Notes: a model not told the origin generated them from the letters alone. A stretch of DNA of 56,019 nucleotides from a virus (IMGVR_UViG_3300010354_000112:1-56019); one strand, 5' to 3'. Counted from the stretch's first letter, positions 32,308 through 42,539 are shown. Numbers and translations: made by a program.

Positions 32308-34419
32308 ATGTCAGAAGAAATAGAAAACGGAAATCCAGATCTTTCACCAATTGCAAACAAAAATAATTCAATGTTTTTATTTAGATTAACAGATGATTTT
32401 GTTTCTTCCTATAAAGAAAAAACTCCTCCGTTTGGCTATAGAGATGCTGGTGGAAATTCCGTTGGTGAGATAACTTTTCTTCGAACTTACTCAAGACTAA
32501 AAGAAGATGGAACTAAAGAGACATGGGTTGATGTTTGTGAAAGAGTAATAAACGGAATGTACTCTCTCCAAAAAGAGCACTGCAAAAAGAATAGGCTTCC
32601 ATGGAACGACGCAAAAGCGCAAGCTTCGGCAAAAGAAGCCTTTGATCGTTTGTTTAACCTTAAGTGGACACCGCCAGGTCGTGGCTTGTGGGCTATGGGC
32701 ACCAATATTGTAAACATACAAAAAAACTCAGCGGCACTTCAGAACTGTGCCTTCGTATCTACATCAGAAATGACTAAGTTAAATCCATCAAAACCATTCT
32801 CATTTCTAATGGAAGCGTCCATGCTTGGTGTTGGTGTAGGTTTTGATGACAAAGGTGCGGACAAAGATTTTACAATTTATTCTCCTACACCAGTAGATCC
32901 AACTACTGCAACCTATATCGTTCCCGACACAAGAGAGGGCTGGTATATTTCAACAGCAATGTTGATTGATTCTTATCTTAAGTCTTCTCAAAATGAAGTG
33001 TACTTTGATTATTCTCTTATAAGACCAGCTGGTACCCCAATTAAAACATTCGGAGGTATTGCTGCAGGTCATGAGCCTTTAGAAAAACTTCATAGGCATA
33101 TTAGAAAAATGTTTGATGGTAGAGCTGGAGAAAAACTTACCAGAAAAGACATTGCAGACATTGGAAACCTAATTGGTGTTTGTGTGGTATCTGGTAACGT
33201 TCGTCGTTCTGCAGAACTTTTGATTGGTCGAATTGATGATCAAGATTTCTTAAATCTAAAAAACGCTGAAGTATTTCCAGAAAGAAACTCCTACGATGCA
33301 AACGCTCCAGGTTGGGGCTGGATGTCAAACAACTCGGTAGAGACTGAGGTTGGCGTTGATTTAAGTCCAATAGTAGAGGGTATAGCTCGCAATGGGGAAC
33401 CAGGGGTTCTTTGGATGGATATGAGTCGCAAATATGGACGACTTGCCGATCCACCAAACAATAAAGATCACCGTGTAGCTGGTTACAACCCATGTGCGGA
33501 GCAATCGTTGGAATCTTTTGAGTGCTGCACGCTGGTAGAGACTTACCTCAATAGACACGAGAGCCTAGAAGACTATAAGAGAACGTTAAAGTTTGCCTAC
33601 CTCTATGCAAAGACGGTAACTCTTCTTCCGACACACTGGGAAGAAACTAATGCTATTATGCAACGCAATCGTCGTATTGGTACGTCGATGTCTGGTGTAG
33701 CAAACTTTGCAGATCGCGTTGGCGTACCTGCACTTCGTGAGTGGATGGACGAAGGATATAAGACAATACAAAGATATGATAATGTTTATTCAGAATGGCT
33801 GGGTATTCGTGAGTCTATTAAAATGACAACTGTTAAGCCATCTGGAACTGTATCAATTCTTGCAGGAGAATCTCCTGGAGTTCACTGGACACCGGGTGGA
33901 AAGTTCTTCAATAGAACAATTAGGTTCTCTAATGACGACCCAATGCTTCCATTGTTTGGAATGGCTAATTATACAGTTGAACCTGCGTCTGAGTCGCCAG
34001 ATACAACATCTGTTGTATACTTTCCAATTAAATCAGAAGCCGCAAGAGCAGAGCGTGATGTAACAATATTTGAAAAAATGTCACTAGCTGCTATGGCACA
34101 AAGATATTGGTCAGATAATTCTGTATCTGTAACAATTTCATTTAATAAAGATACAGAAGCACAACATGTTGGAACCGTTCTCCATATGTATGATGGACAG
34201 TTAAAAACTGTATCATTTCTCCCAAGTGGTAACGATACATATCCCCAAATGCCCTACACGCAGATCACTGAAGAAGAGTATACAATAGCTTCAATGTCAT
34301 TATTTCCGATAGATCTTTCTGGGGTATATGCAGGAATGGCCGCTGATGCCATTGGTGAAAGTTACTGTACCACTGATTCTTGTGAGATAAAATTCATAAA
34401 AGATAATCAAAATGGCTGA
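32308..34419 (+). CDS. nrdJ: Ribonucleotide reductase class II (adenosylcobalamin-dependent, monomeric RTPR type)
   Basis: RTYSR...ETW, PPGRGLW, NCAF, VVSGNVRRSAE, NPCAEQ, TTVKPSGTVS and C-terminal CTTDSC. Confidence 0.95.
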   Translation: MSEEIENGNPDLSPIANKNNSMFLFRLTDDFVSSYKEKTPPFGYRDAGGNSVGEITFLRTYSRLKEDGTKETWVDVCERVINGMYSLQKEHCKKNRLPWNDAKAQASAKEAFDRLFNLKWTPPGRGLWAMGTNIVNIQKNSAALQNCAFVSTSEMTKLNPSKPFSFLMEASMLGVGVGFDDKGADKDFTIYSPTPVDPTTATYIVPDTREGWYISTAMLIDSYLKSSQNEVYFDYSLIRPAGTPIKTFGGIAAGHEPLEKLHRHIRKMFDGRAGEKLTRKDIADIGNLIGVCVVSGNVRRSAELLIGRIDDQDFLNLKNAEVFPERNSYDANAPGWGWMSNNSVETEVGVDLSPIVEGIARNGEPGVLWMDMSRKYGRLADPPNNKDHRVAGYNPCAEQSLESFECCTLVETYLNRHESLEDYKRTLKFAYLYAKTVTLLPTHWEETNAIMQRNRRIGTSMSGVANFADRVGVPALREWMDEGYKTIQRYDNVYSEWLGIRESIKMTTVKPSGTVSILAGESPGVHWTPGGKFFNRTIRFSNDDPMLPLFGMANYTVEPASESPDTTSVVYFPIKSEAARAERDVTIFEKMSLAAMAQRYWSDNSVSVTISFNKDTEAQHVGTVLHMYDGQLKTVSFLPSGNDTYPQMPYTQITEEEYTIASMSLFPIDLSGVYAGMAADAIGESYCTTDSCEIKFIKDNQNG

Positions 34420-34774
34420 AGATAAAAATTTTGATGAAATATTTTCTGAGATAACTTCTCCGGAAAATATAGGCGATATTGCAAATGAAGCTTATATTAG
34501 TGATTCAATTCAATATTTTAACTTAATCATGTCAGAATTTATAACAACTATTCAAGAAATTAATTTAATAATATTGAACATGACAGAAAGTACAGATGAA
34601 CCATTGGTAATGCCTTCTGAGATTATAGATAAGCTTCAAATAGCTTACGAAAAAACAAAAGAATTCAACAACTCTGTGCTAAACTTAGAGCAGCAAAATT
34701 CTAAATATTTTTTGATTATAAACGAAGACCAGGAAGATTACGATGAACATGATGAACGAGACGATAACGAATGA
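34412..34774 (+). CDS. Hypothetical acidic protein
   Basis: 120 aa ORF overlapping nrdJ and thyX. Confidence 0.55.
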   Translation: MAEDKNFDEIFSEITSPENIGDIANEAYISDSIQYFNLIMSEFITTIQEINLIILNMTESTDEPLVMPSEIIDKLQIAYEKTKEFNNSVLNLEQQNSKYFLIINEDQEDYDEHDERDDNE

Positions 34775-35468
34775 CGACAATACCATCTCCGTGCTTGGAA
34801 ATGGATATGTCAGACTTGTTGACTGGATGGGTAGCGACCTTTCGGTTGTTAACGCAGCTAGAGCTTCTTTTGCCAAAGAATCAAAAGAGTTGTCCACAAA
34901 TGATGCAAGGCTTATAGATTTCTTAGTCAGAGAAAATCACATGTCTCCATTTAGACATGCATTTTTAACATTTGAATTTAAAGCTCCTTTAATGGTTGCT
35001 CGACAGCATTGGAAGTATGTTGTTGGATCAGACCATACTATGGACTCTTGGAATGAATCATCTAGAAGATATATAACAATGGATCCTGAATTTTATATTC
35101 CAGGATTAGATCAGTGGAGATTGGCGGCTGAGAATAAAAAACAAGGCTCTGCTGGATTAGCAGGACCTTGGATAGGCTCAGTTCTTTCAACTGAGCTAAA
35201 AGATTTGATCGATAAATCAGAGTCTCTTTATAACATGGCATTAGAAAATGGAATAGCGCCAGAGCAGGCTAGGCTGTTCCTTCCCGCATACGGTATGCAT
35301 TTATCCTATCGCTGGTCTTGCAGTCTGCAATCTCTTGCTCTGTTTCTTAATCAAAGATTAGCTGAAGACTCTCAATTTGAAATACAGGAATATGCAAGAG
35401 CAGCCTACAGTCTAAGTAAAGACAAATTTCCAGTTTCTATGAGTAGGTTGGTATCGCTTAATGTTTAA
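34743..35468 (+). CDS. thyX: Flavin-dependent thymidylate synthase
   Basis: GYVRLVDWMGSDLSVVNAARASF, HMSPF, NESSRRY, GIAPEQARLFLP, SQFEIQEYA. Confidence 0.92.
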   Translation: MNMMNETITNDDNTISVLGNGYVRLVDWMGSDLSVVNAARASFAKESKELSTNDARLIDFLVRENHMSPFRHAFLTFEFKAPLMVARQHWKYVVGSDHTMDSWNESSRRYITMDPEFYIPGLDQWRLAAENKKQGSAGLAGPWIGSVLSTELKDLIDKSESLYNMALENGIAPEQARLFLPAYGMHLSYRWSCSLQSLALFLNQRLAEDSQFEIQEYARAAYSLSKDKFPVSMSRLVSLNV

Positions 35469-35628
35469 GCTTTTATTATTTTGTTTTATATTTTCATTAT
35501 TAAATGTTTGGTCTTCAAATTTATCTGTAGTGTCACAAACAGTTCAAGATAAAAACACAAAAATAATTTCTATTGTACTATCTTTAATACTTTCTTTTTC
35601 TGCTGCTTTAATCATTTTATTGGTATGA
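35461..35628 (+). CDS. Small membrane protein (55 aa, two hydrophobic segments; not in the ORF track)
   Basis: MFKLLLFCFIFSLLNVW...IISIVLSLILSFSAALIILLV; ATGA coupling to the next gene. Confidence 0.65.
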   Translation: MFKLLLFCFIFSLLNVWSSNLSVVSQTVQDKNTKIISIVLSLILSFSAALIILLV

Positions 35629-36092
35629 TTAATTATTCAAAAAAAGATATTCAATTTATGACATTTTGTATGTCAGGATCGCTAATCTTTTCAACATGTG
35701 CAAAGAAAAAGTATTCAGCTTTATTGGTTGATGAATACAATCATATAGTTGGCTTTGGATACAATGGTGGACCAAAAGGTTTTACACACTGTGAAGATGG
35801 AGGCTGCGAAAGATATCTTCAGAAGAGCCCTAACGGCTCTGCATATGATAACTGTATAGCAATTCACGCAGAAGCAAACGCTTTGCTTCATTCAGACTAT
35901 AGTGCTAGAGCTAAGAAATTATATATTAACGGTCCTCCATGTTTTAATTGCGCAAAACTTATAGCAAACAGCACAATAGATACTGTATACTATATAGAAG
36001 ATTTGGATTACGCTAATTGGCAAAACGTAAAAAATTTTTTAAATAAAGCTAATGTAAATACTATAAGGATAGATAAAAATGCCTGCATCTAA
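35625..36092 (+). CDS. dCMP deaminase family protein
   Basis: GYNG, HAEANAL and PPCFNCAK zinc-deaminase motifs. Confidence 0.9.
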   Translation: MINYSKKDIQFMTFCMSGSLIFSTCAKKKYSALLVDEYNHIVGFGYNGGPKGFTHCEDGGCERYLQKSPNGSAYDNCIAIHAEANALLHSDYSARAKKLYINGPPCFNCAKLIANSTIDTVYYIEDLDYANWQNVKNFLNKANVNTIRIDKNACI

Positions 36093-36282
36093 GTTAAATT
36101 ATATTGTTGTATATAAAAATCACAGTCAAGTTTATGGATGTTCTTCCAAAAAGATAGCACTAGAATCTCCGCCACCAGAGGGGTATACTCAGGAAGATAA
36201 AAGGATTTTATTTACCACGTTTGAACCAGACAGTAGTCAACTATGTCTTTATCAAATAGCAAAAGAACAAGAAACTGAGTAA
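36079..36282 (+). CDS. Hypothetical protein
   Basis: 67 aa, tightly packed in the operon. Confidence 0.55.
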   Translation: MPASKLNYIVVYKNHSQVYGCSSKKIALESPPPEGYTQEDKRILFTTFEPDSSQLCLYQIAKEQETE

Positions 36283-36284
36283 TC

Positions 36285-36521
36285 ATGGCTAAGAAAACAA
36301 ACGAAAAAAAGAAAGTAAACATTAAGCTTTCTAACGGTCAATCTTATCTCATAGAAGATATTGATGTATTTGTACACATCCAAAAAACGTATGCAGAGAT
36401 GCTAAGAGTTTCAAAATTAGAAGAAGAAAAAAATCTATTTTTAAAAATAATTAATTCCATAAACGAAGCAGTAAGTAACGCTTATGTATTTAGACAGGAT
36501 GACGATAATGAAGATTGGTAA
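36285..36521 (+). CDS. Hypothetical protein
   Basis: 78 aa, tightly packed in the operon. Confidence 0.55.
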   Translation: MAKKTNEKKKVNIKLSNGQSYLIEDIDVFVHIQKTYAEMLRVSKLEEEKNLFLKIINSINEAVSNAYVFRQDDDNEDW

Positions 36522-36783
36522 TAAGAAATTTTTTTACGCAGCGTCATTTGTAGCTGGTGTAGTTACTTCTTTTTTCTTTCTAAAAAAGAAAGACAAAACA
36601 AATACACTTTATGAAACTAATTATTTGTACGAAAAAAAGTATGATCCAAAAGTATCTTTTATAGAATTTTTTGATAAAAGTGCGCTTGAAGAAGCTTATA
36701 GTAGATACGAAAAATATATAGATTTAGGCTTGAATAAGAGCGATGCGTTTAAAGCAGTAGTAGAGGATGAAAGAAATATATGA
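36508..36783 (+). CDS. Hypothetical protein with an N-terminal membrane anchor
   Basis: FFYAASFVAGVVTSFFFL followed by KKK; start uncertain (36484 or 36508). Confidence 0.55.
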   Translation: MKIGNKKFFYAASFVAGVVTSFFFLKKKDKTNTLYETNYLYEKKYDPKVSFIEFFDKSALEEAYSRYEKYIDLGLNKSDAFKAVVEDERNI

Positions 36784-37583
36784 TAGATCTTTGCGTTGTA
36801 AATTACAATACAAAGGAACTTTTACAAAGGTTTATGGATACTCTGCATGGAGATTTTATTACTAGTGGAAAAGTTTGGGATTTAAGCATTTGCGATAATG
36901 GATCTTCTGATGGAAGTTTTGAATGGTTGCAAGAAAATAAAGATAAATATTACATTACCAATGGTTGGCAGAAAGAAAATATAGGTTACTCAGCCGCGTG
37001 TAATTTTATGGCTTCTTCAACCTACGGTAGTATAATAGGCTTATTAAACGCTGATGTATGGATGACAAGTCAAGACTTAATTGATATATGTAATATATTT
37101 TCTGATAATCCAGACATTCATATATTGGGTCCAAAGCAGAGAAACGAAGATGGATATATTACTCACGCAGGAATAGTTGGAACAAATACCGCTCCAAGAC
37201 ACAGGGGGTGGATGGTTCACGATCCGGATGACATCCTCTTTAGGGATCAGCAAGAGTGTGTAACCGTTTCCGGCTCAGCATATTTCATTAGAAGATCAGT
37301 TTGGAATGCGCTAACCAACGATCCGGAATATCAAAAAATGTATCCTGAAGCAACGGGTGCTTTTTTGCCAACGCCTCACTATTATGAAGAAACTTGGTGT
37401 TCGTATTTTGCGCGTCATCGTGGCTATAATGTAGTGTATGATGGTAGCGTATCAATTGGTCACAGTTGGCACGCATCTTCACCAAAACCAGGCGAAGGTT
37501 ACAGTCACGCTGATGCTCAATTTAAAATAAGTCAATCAATATTTCGCAAAGCATGCGATGAACTAGGAATAGAAAGAGATTAA
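36780..37583 (+). CDS. Glycosyltransferase family 2
   Basis: VVNYNT, DNGSSDGS, NIGYSAACN, LLNAD, VSGSAYFIRR, YYEET. Confidence 0.9.
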   Translation: MIDLCVVNYNTKELLQRFMDTLHGDFITSGKVWDLSICDNGSSDGSFEWLQENKDKYYITNGWQKENIGYSAACNFMASSTYGSIIGLLNADVWMTSQDLIDICNIFSDNPDIHILGPKQRNEDGYITHAGIVGTNTAPRHRGWMVHDPDDILFRDQQECVTVSGSAYFIRRSVWNALTNDPEYQKMYPEATGAFLPTPHYYEETWCSYFARHRGYNVVYDGSVSIGHSWHASSPKPGEGYSHADAQFKISQSIFRKACDELGIERD

Positions 37584-37584
37584 T

Positions 37585-37983
37585 ATGTCAGTTAAATTAA
37601 ACCCATGGATTTATAACGCAGAAGTAAAAAAGGTAGTTGATGGCGATACGTTTGATATCGTTATCGACCTTGGTTTTGATACCCTTAAAAAGGGTAGAGT
37701 CCGTTTATACGGAGTTAACACCCCGGAAAGTCGTACGTCAAACTTGGAAGAAAAGAAGATGGGGTTAGCCGCAAAAGAATTTACAGATCAATGGTTGACA
37801 CGCGCTAATCACAAGGTTAAGATAGAAACTGTGATAGACAAAAACGAAAAATATGGAAGAGTACTAGCTAAAGTGTGGAATGAAGCTGGCGAATGTTTAA
37901 ACACAGACATAGTAGCAGCTGGCCTTGCTCGTGAATACTTTGGTGTTGGCGACAAAACTTGGACAGAATTTAAAAAAGACTAA
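37585..37983 (+). CDS. Thermonuclease / SNase-like nuclease
   Basis: KVVDGDT, RVRLYGVNTPE, EKYGRVLA, AGLA. Confidence 0.9.
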   Translation: MSVKLNPWIYNAEVKKVVDGDTFDIVIDLGFDTLKKGRVRLYGVNTPESRTSNLEEKKMGLAAKEFTDQWLTRANHKVKIETVIDKNEKYGRVLAKVWNEAGECLNTDIVAAGLAREYFGVGDKTWTEFKKD

Positions 37984-38408
37984 TGCAAACATTTCTGCCT
38001 TATCCAGATTTTAAAAAATCAGTTCAAGTTTTAGATTATCGTAGACTTGGAAAGCAACGAGTAGAAACTTTTCAGGTTCTAAATATTCTTCTTGCCCGTA
38101 CTCCAACTAAGGGTTGGCGCAATCATCCAGTTACCTTAATGTGGACTGGCTATGAATCTGCTCTGCAGTTATATCAGAACTATACGATTCAAGAATGGGT
38201 TAATAGAGGCTATAAAAATACAATGCAACTGGAAGAAATAGTCCCGGGATCAGTCGTAATGCCTCCGTGGTTTGGCTTAGATGAATTTCATAGATCGCAT
38301 AGATCAAATTTATTGCGCAAAGATTACGAGTATTATTCTCAATACTTTGATGAACCAAGTGATTTAGAGTATTATTGGCCAGCTAAAGAGATGGCAAATG
38401 CAGACTAG
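37983..38408 (+). CDS. Pyrimidine dimer DNA glycosylase / endonuclease V-like (MSMEG_6728 family)
   Basis: MQTFLPYPDF...LDYRRLGKQRVE...GWRNHP...SHRSNLLRKD. Confidence 0.88.
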   Translation: MQTFLPYPDFKKSVQVLDYRRLGKQRVETFQVLNILLARTPTKGWRNHPVTLMWTGYESALQLYQNYTIQEWVNRGYKNTMQLEEIVPGSVVMPPWFGLDEFHRSHRSNLLRKDYEYYSQYFDEPSDLEYYWPAKEMANAD

Positions 38409-38811
38409 AGTATTTTTATCAGGAGCAATAGAAGATGTAACCTCTGACTTTAAATTTAGTTGGAGGAATAAGGCTACCTTGCTTTTGGATCAAAGAGGTT
38501 TTAAAGCCGTTAATCCAATGGACTACGCTTTAGAAGAACAAGACTGTCAACCAAAAGAAATAGTGGATAAAAATCTTTTTCTTCAAAAAAGTTGTGATAT
38601 TGTTTTAGTAGAATACACCATACTGCACAGAGCTTACGTTGGTACTGATTTTGAAATGACCTGGGCTCATTTAAATAATCAACCAATTGTAGTATGGGCG
38701 CATCAAGAACTAAAGCATCGTGTATATCTAAAGTTTCTCGCTACAAAACTTGCAGATTCACTAGAAGAAGCTGTAGAATATATATCTCATACATATCCAT
38801 CAACTAAATAA
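38398..38811 (+). CDS. Nucleoside 2-deoxyribosyltransferase-like / dNMP N-glycosidase
   Basis: VFLSGAI...WR...VNP...CDIVLV...VGTDFEM. Confidence 0.8.
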   Translation: MQTRVFLSGAIEDVTSDFKFSWRNKATLLLDQRGFKAVNPMDYALEEQDCQPKEIVDKNLFLQKSCDIVLVEYTILHRAYVGTDFEMTWAHLNNQPIVVWAHQELKHRVYLKFLATKLADSLEEAVEYISHTYPSTK

Positions 38812-38820
38812 AGGAAAACT

Positions 38821-39003
38821 ATGTCAGAGAATAAGTTTAACTACTTTGAAGTAACAACTTCATTTTTGGTTAAGGCAAAGAATAAGGCAGATGCAGAGAA
38901 GGTAGCTCTTGGCAAGCGCAATGTCAAGGGAGAGGTTCTCTCAACTCAGACTGAGGTTCAGCGTATTTCTGCTGTCGAAGTCAGAGAGATGCTAGAAATT
39001 TAA
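38821..39003 (+). CDS. Small hypothetical protein (60 aa), probably highly expressed
   Basis: AAGGA RBS; AAG/GAG/CGT/CGC-rich codons; followed by a stable hairpin. Confidence 0.7.
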   Translation: MSENKFNYFEVTTSFLVKAKNKADAEKVALGKRNVKGEVLSTQTEVQRISAVEVREMLEI

Positions 39004-39018
39004 TAGTCCCTGTCAAAA

Positions 39019-39054
39019 AGAAGGGATGGCATCCAGTAGGGTGTCATCCCTTCT
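39019..39054 (+). terminator. RNA hairpin / terminator
   Basis: AGAAGGGATGGCATCC-AGTA-GGGTGTCATCCCTTCT, a 16-bp stem with two G-U pairs on the + strand; weak U tract. Confidence 0.65.
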
Positions 39055-39075
39055 CCTATAACTAAGGTAGTAATT

Positions 39076-39777
39076 ATGATTTGTGCCCAGATGGTTGGCA
39101 GAAATGAAGAAACAAGATATTTAGAACCAGTCTTAGAAAGATTATCTCAACAAGTAGACAAAATAATTTTTACTGACGACTGCTCAACTGACAATACAGT
39201 CAAACTTGCAAAAAAATATTGTGAAGTATATTCTACAAATGAACCACTGTTTTCTAAACATGAGGGTCAATTAAGAGCATTTGCTTGGGCAAATCTATCT
39301 CAGCACGCTTCACTGGGGGACTGGATTATTGCAATTGATTGTGATGAAATGTTATATAATTCTGCAGATATTAACAGCCTTGATATTAAAAGCGTTTTAT
39401 CTAGATCTGAATATGATGTAGTTAACGTTAGGTTTTATCACATGTGGAATGAAACCCAGTATAGAGTTGATAAATTATGGGTTCCGAATAACAGTTCAAG
39501 AATCTTTAGATTTAAAGAAGACGGGGCATTTTTAGATAAAAAATTAGCTTGCGGATCAGAACCAACATATGTTAATCATTGGTTAAGACAAAGAAATTAT
39601 TGGCTCCATTCTGGATTAGCCATGCAGCATCTTGGTTATGTAAAAGATGAAGATAAAATTAGCAAGTACGAAAGATATGCCACCTTAGATGGTGGACAAT
39701 TCCATGCCATCAATCATATTAACTCTATAATAGATAAAAATCCAACCCTCATAAATTGGGGAATATTCTCAATCTAA
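39076..39777 (+). CDS. Glycosyltransferase family 2
   Basis: RNEETRYL, DDCSTDNT, WIIAIDCDE (DxD), HLGY. Confidence 0.88.
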   Translation: MICAQMVGRNEETRYLEPVLERLSQQVDKIIFTDDCSTDNTVKLAKKYCEVYSTNEPLFSKHEGQLRAFAWANLSQHASLGDWIIAIDCDEMLYNSADINSLDIKSVLSRSEYDVVNVRFYHMWNETQYRVDKLWVPNNSSRIFRFKEDGAFLDKKLACGSEPTYVNHWLRQRNYWLHSGLAMQHLGYVKDEDKISKYERYATLDGGQFHAINHINSIIDKNPTLINWGIFSI

Positions 39778-39786
39778 AGGAAAATT

Positions 39787-40461
39787 ATGAAAAAAGATAT
39801 TAAAATAGCAACTCAAAATATAACTATACAAAAGTTAACAGCTTTGATGCAGGGTACGGAAAAATATGCGTATATAAATTTTCCTCGTTCTGCATTAATT
39901 GCTATGAAAAACTCTGAAGAAAAGAGCTCAAACAAAGCTTTTTCCAACGCTATTAAAAGTTCTTTTTCTATTGAAGATAATAGATACATGAAAGGAATAC
40001 CACCAGCGTTTGTCAATTCAAACGACGCCGAAAACGAATTAGATTTTTCTGTTTTAAAAAATGGTGAACAATACTATAACTCTACAACTTTAGAAAACTA
40101 TTTTAATAACAACGAAACAGTTTTTAGTTCATTTGTAGATTTTTTCATAAAGCATAATCCATCTGTGGTTGTAAGTTTTCACGATAAAAAAATAGTCAAT
40201 AGAGTTCTTGGTTCTCATGTAGCTAACATATATGTTCCGTATAATGATTATTATAATAAATTAGATACAATCTGCAGCGCTCTTGCGGAGTACGAAGGAA
40301 AAGTTGATACCGTAATACTCGACTGTCCACTATTGTCAGCGGCACTTGCTGGAAAAATTTGGAATCAAACTAATTTTTCTATTATTGATTTTGGAAAAGT
40401 AGTAAGTTTTGCTAGAGCTAGATTCTTGAACAAGGTAGCTCAAAATGAAAAAGGTGATTAA
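39787..40461 (+). CDS. Putative GT-D fold (DUF1792-like) glycosyltransferase-related protein
   Basis: C-terminal VPYNDYY...VILDCPLLSAALAGKI...IIDFGK resembles GT-D; adjacent to a GT2 gene. Confidence 0.5.
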   Translation: MKKDIKIATQNITIQKLTALMQGTEKYAYINFPRSALIAMKNSEEKSSNKAFSNAIKSSFSIEDNRYMKGIPPAFVNSNDAENELDFSVLKNGEQYYNSTTLENYFNNNETVFSSFVDFFIKHNPSVVVSFHDKKIVNRVLGSHVANIYVPYNDYYNKLDTICSALAEYEGKVDTVILDCPLLSAALAGKIWNQTNFSIIDFGKVVSFARARFLNKVAQNEKGD

Positions 40462-41089
40462 AGATAAAGAAGACGATTTATTCTTAATAGATCTTTTATT
40501 AGAAAGCAATCTTTCTTTAGTAGATATAGCAAAAGAAATCAATATATCAGTTAATGATTTAAAAAAGAAAATTTCTTCTTTAGGTCTTAATTGGATAAAA
40601 GATAGCAAGAAAAAAACATCACGTGGTCAAGCTGCGTTAACAGATGTTATGAGAAAACTTTTTCCTAATCAAGAAATAGTAAACGAACATCATATTGGTG
40701 ATAGACTAAAACTAGACGTATATTGTCCTGCTTATAAAATAGCAGCAGAATTTCATGGTCGTCAGCATTTCTACTATACAAAAAGATTCTTTAGTTCTAA
40801 AGAAGATTTTATAGACGCACAAAGACGTGATATTAAAAAAGTAGAGATGTGCGAAAAACTTGGAATAATACTAGTTGTGTTTAGGTATAACGATTCGTTA
40901 TCTGAACAATCTGTTTATGATAGACTGTTAGATGCAATTAGAAACAGTGATTTTATTCCAGTTGAAGAGAAAAAAAACAAAAAGAGCATTACTCAGAACA
41001 AGTTTTACCAAGAATCAAAAAAAAGATACAATCAAAAAAAGAAAGAAAACTATAGAAAGATGAAGCAAAGAAAAGGTAATCATGAGTAA
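40445..41089 (+). CDS. HTH + Vsr/DUF559-like PD-(D/E)XK endonuclease
   Basis: LSLVDIAKEINIS HTH; LKLDVY...IAAEFHGRQHF...RDIKK. Confidence 0.8.
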   Translation: MKKVIKDKEDDLFLIDLLLESNLSLVDIAKEINISVNDLKKKISSLGLNWIKDSKKKTSRGQAALTDVMRKLFPNQEIVNEHHIGDRLKLDVYCPAYKIAAEFHGRQHFYYTKRFFSSKEDFIDAQRRDIKKVEMCEKLGIILVVFRYNDSLSEQSVYDRLLDAIRNSDFIPVEEKKNKKSITQNKFYQESKKRYNQKKKENYRKMKQRKGNHE

Positions 41090-42539
41090 TGATACTTTAG
41101 TAGAACAGTCCGTAACTCATCCAATAGAGTATCAAGTCTTTGCTCTATCTTTTAGGGAAGACGGAGCAATTAAATACTTTAGGGACAATTTAGAGCCAGA
41201 GATAGTCGGGCTAAATGAAAATCAGCAAGGTATTTATGAGTTTTATAACGCATTAGTTTCGTACTCTTCTTTAACCGACTCAACAATAGTAGATCCTGTT
41301 GCATTTAGAAATTGGATTCAAATTGAAAGCGACGTATTTAATGCATTAAATGGCGATGAAGGAGTCAATGCTTTAATGGGCATACTTACATCTATGCCGC
41401 TAGCTAGTCCTGAATCTGTTGTAAAAGTGTTAAAACACAAAGATAATAAGATACAACAAAAAAATTATCTAAAAGAATTAGAGATTATTCTTAGTCAAAA
41501 AGGCGTAAAAAATGAAGATGATTTAGCTAGAATGACTCAAATAGCTAATCATATAACTGATTTAGAAAATAAATTAAATTATAATCCATTAGATGGAGTT
41601 GTAACTGCTAATGGAATTATAGAAAAAATAGATTCTCTTTTAGACACTCCAGATTTTTTACCCACACAATATAAATCTTTAAATAGAGCCATGGGGTATA
41701 CAAACGAAGGTGGATTTTTTAGGGGGGCAGTCCATGCAATTATTGCGGCTTCGGGAAAGGGAAAAAGCACGTTTGCAAAGTGCCTTGTCAATAATTGGCT
41801 TGACTGCGGTTACAGGGCCTTGTATATAAACTTTGAAGAAGCTAGAACCCATTGGGAAAGAATATTGATGACCCAAATAACTGGTAAGAATATTTACTCT
41901 GAGGCAGATAAATGGAGCGAAGAAGAAAAAAACAAGCATATAAAAACTTTTACCACTAAATTAAATGAGTGGGGCGATAGATTAATGGTAAAACATGATC
42001 CAGATACTCCTTATTTCGAAGACTTAGAAAACTGGCTAAGAGACATTATGCATCACGGAGAGCACTTGCCCGACATTGTAGTTATAGATACCATACAATC
42101 TATGTTTACCAGGTCAAAAGGTAAAGCTAGATGGGGTGAGTTTGAAGAAATGATGGTTAGATTAGAAAAAATAGCAAGAGATATGAATTGCGTTTTGGTT
42201 ATTACAGCTCAAGAAAACTCCAACAGAATGAAAGAAAAAAGAGAAATTGTTATGCAATCTGATACTGGTGGATCTTTGGCAATTCAGCAGAAGTGCGCTG
42301 TAACAATATTTATAACTGAAAAGAAATTAGTTAGCGGAGACGACTCAGAAGATGAAAATATAATGCAGCTGCAGATACCCAAAAATAGAATAACTGGGTC
42401 TACTTTTTCATATGAACCACCACTAGTTAGATATGTGGATAGCAAGAAAACATACGAAGAATACGAAATTGTGAACTCGTCATCATACGATGCGGCTTCA
42501 ATATTAGATGATTTATTAAATAATGGAGACTTTAATTAA
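41082..42539 (+). CDS. dnaB: DnaB-like replicative helicase
   Basis: Walker A AASGKGKST, INFEE, VVIDTIQ, ITAQEN, KNRITG. Confidence 0.88.
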   Translation: MSNDTLVEQSVTHPIEYQVFALSFREDGAIKYFRDNLEPEIVGLNENQQGIYEFYNALVSYSSLTDSTIVDPVAFRNWIQIESDVFNALNGDEGVNALMGILTSMPLASPESVVKVLKHKDNKIQQKNYLKELEIILSQKGVKNEDDLARMTQIANHITDLENKLNYNPLDGVVTANGIIEKIDSLLDTPDFLPTQYKSLNRAMGYTNEGGFFRGAVHAIIAASGKGKSTFAKCLVNNWLDCGYRALYINFEEARTHWERILMTQITGKNIYSEADKWSEEEKNKHIKTFTTKLNEWGDRLMVKHDPDTPYFEDLENWLRDIMHHGEHLPDIVVIDTIQSMFTRSKGKARWGEFEEMMVRLEKIARDMNCVLVITAQENSNRMKEKREIVMQSDTGGSLAIQQKCAVTIFITEKKLVSGDDSEDENIMQLQIPKNRITGSTFSYEPPLVRYVDSKKTYEEYEIVNSSSYDAASILDDLLNNGDFN

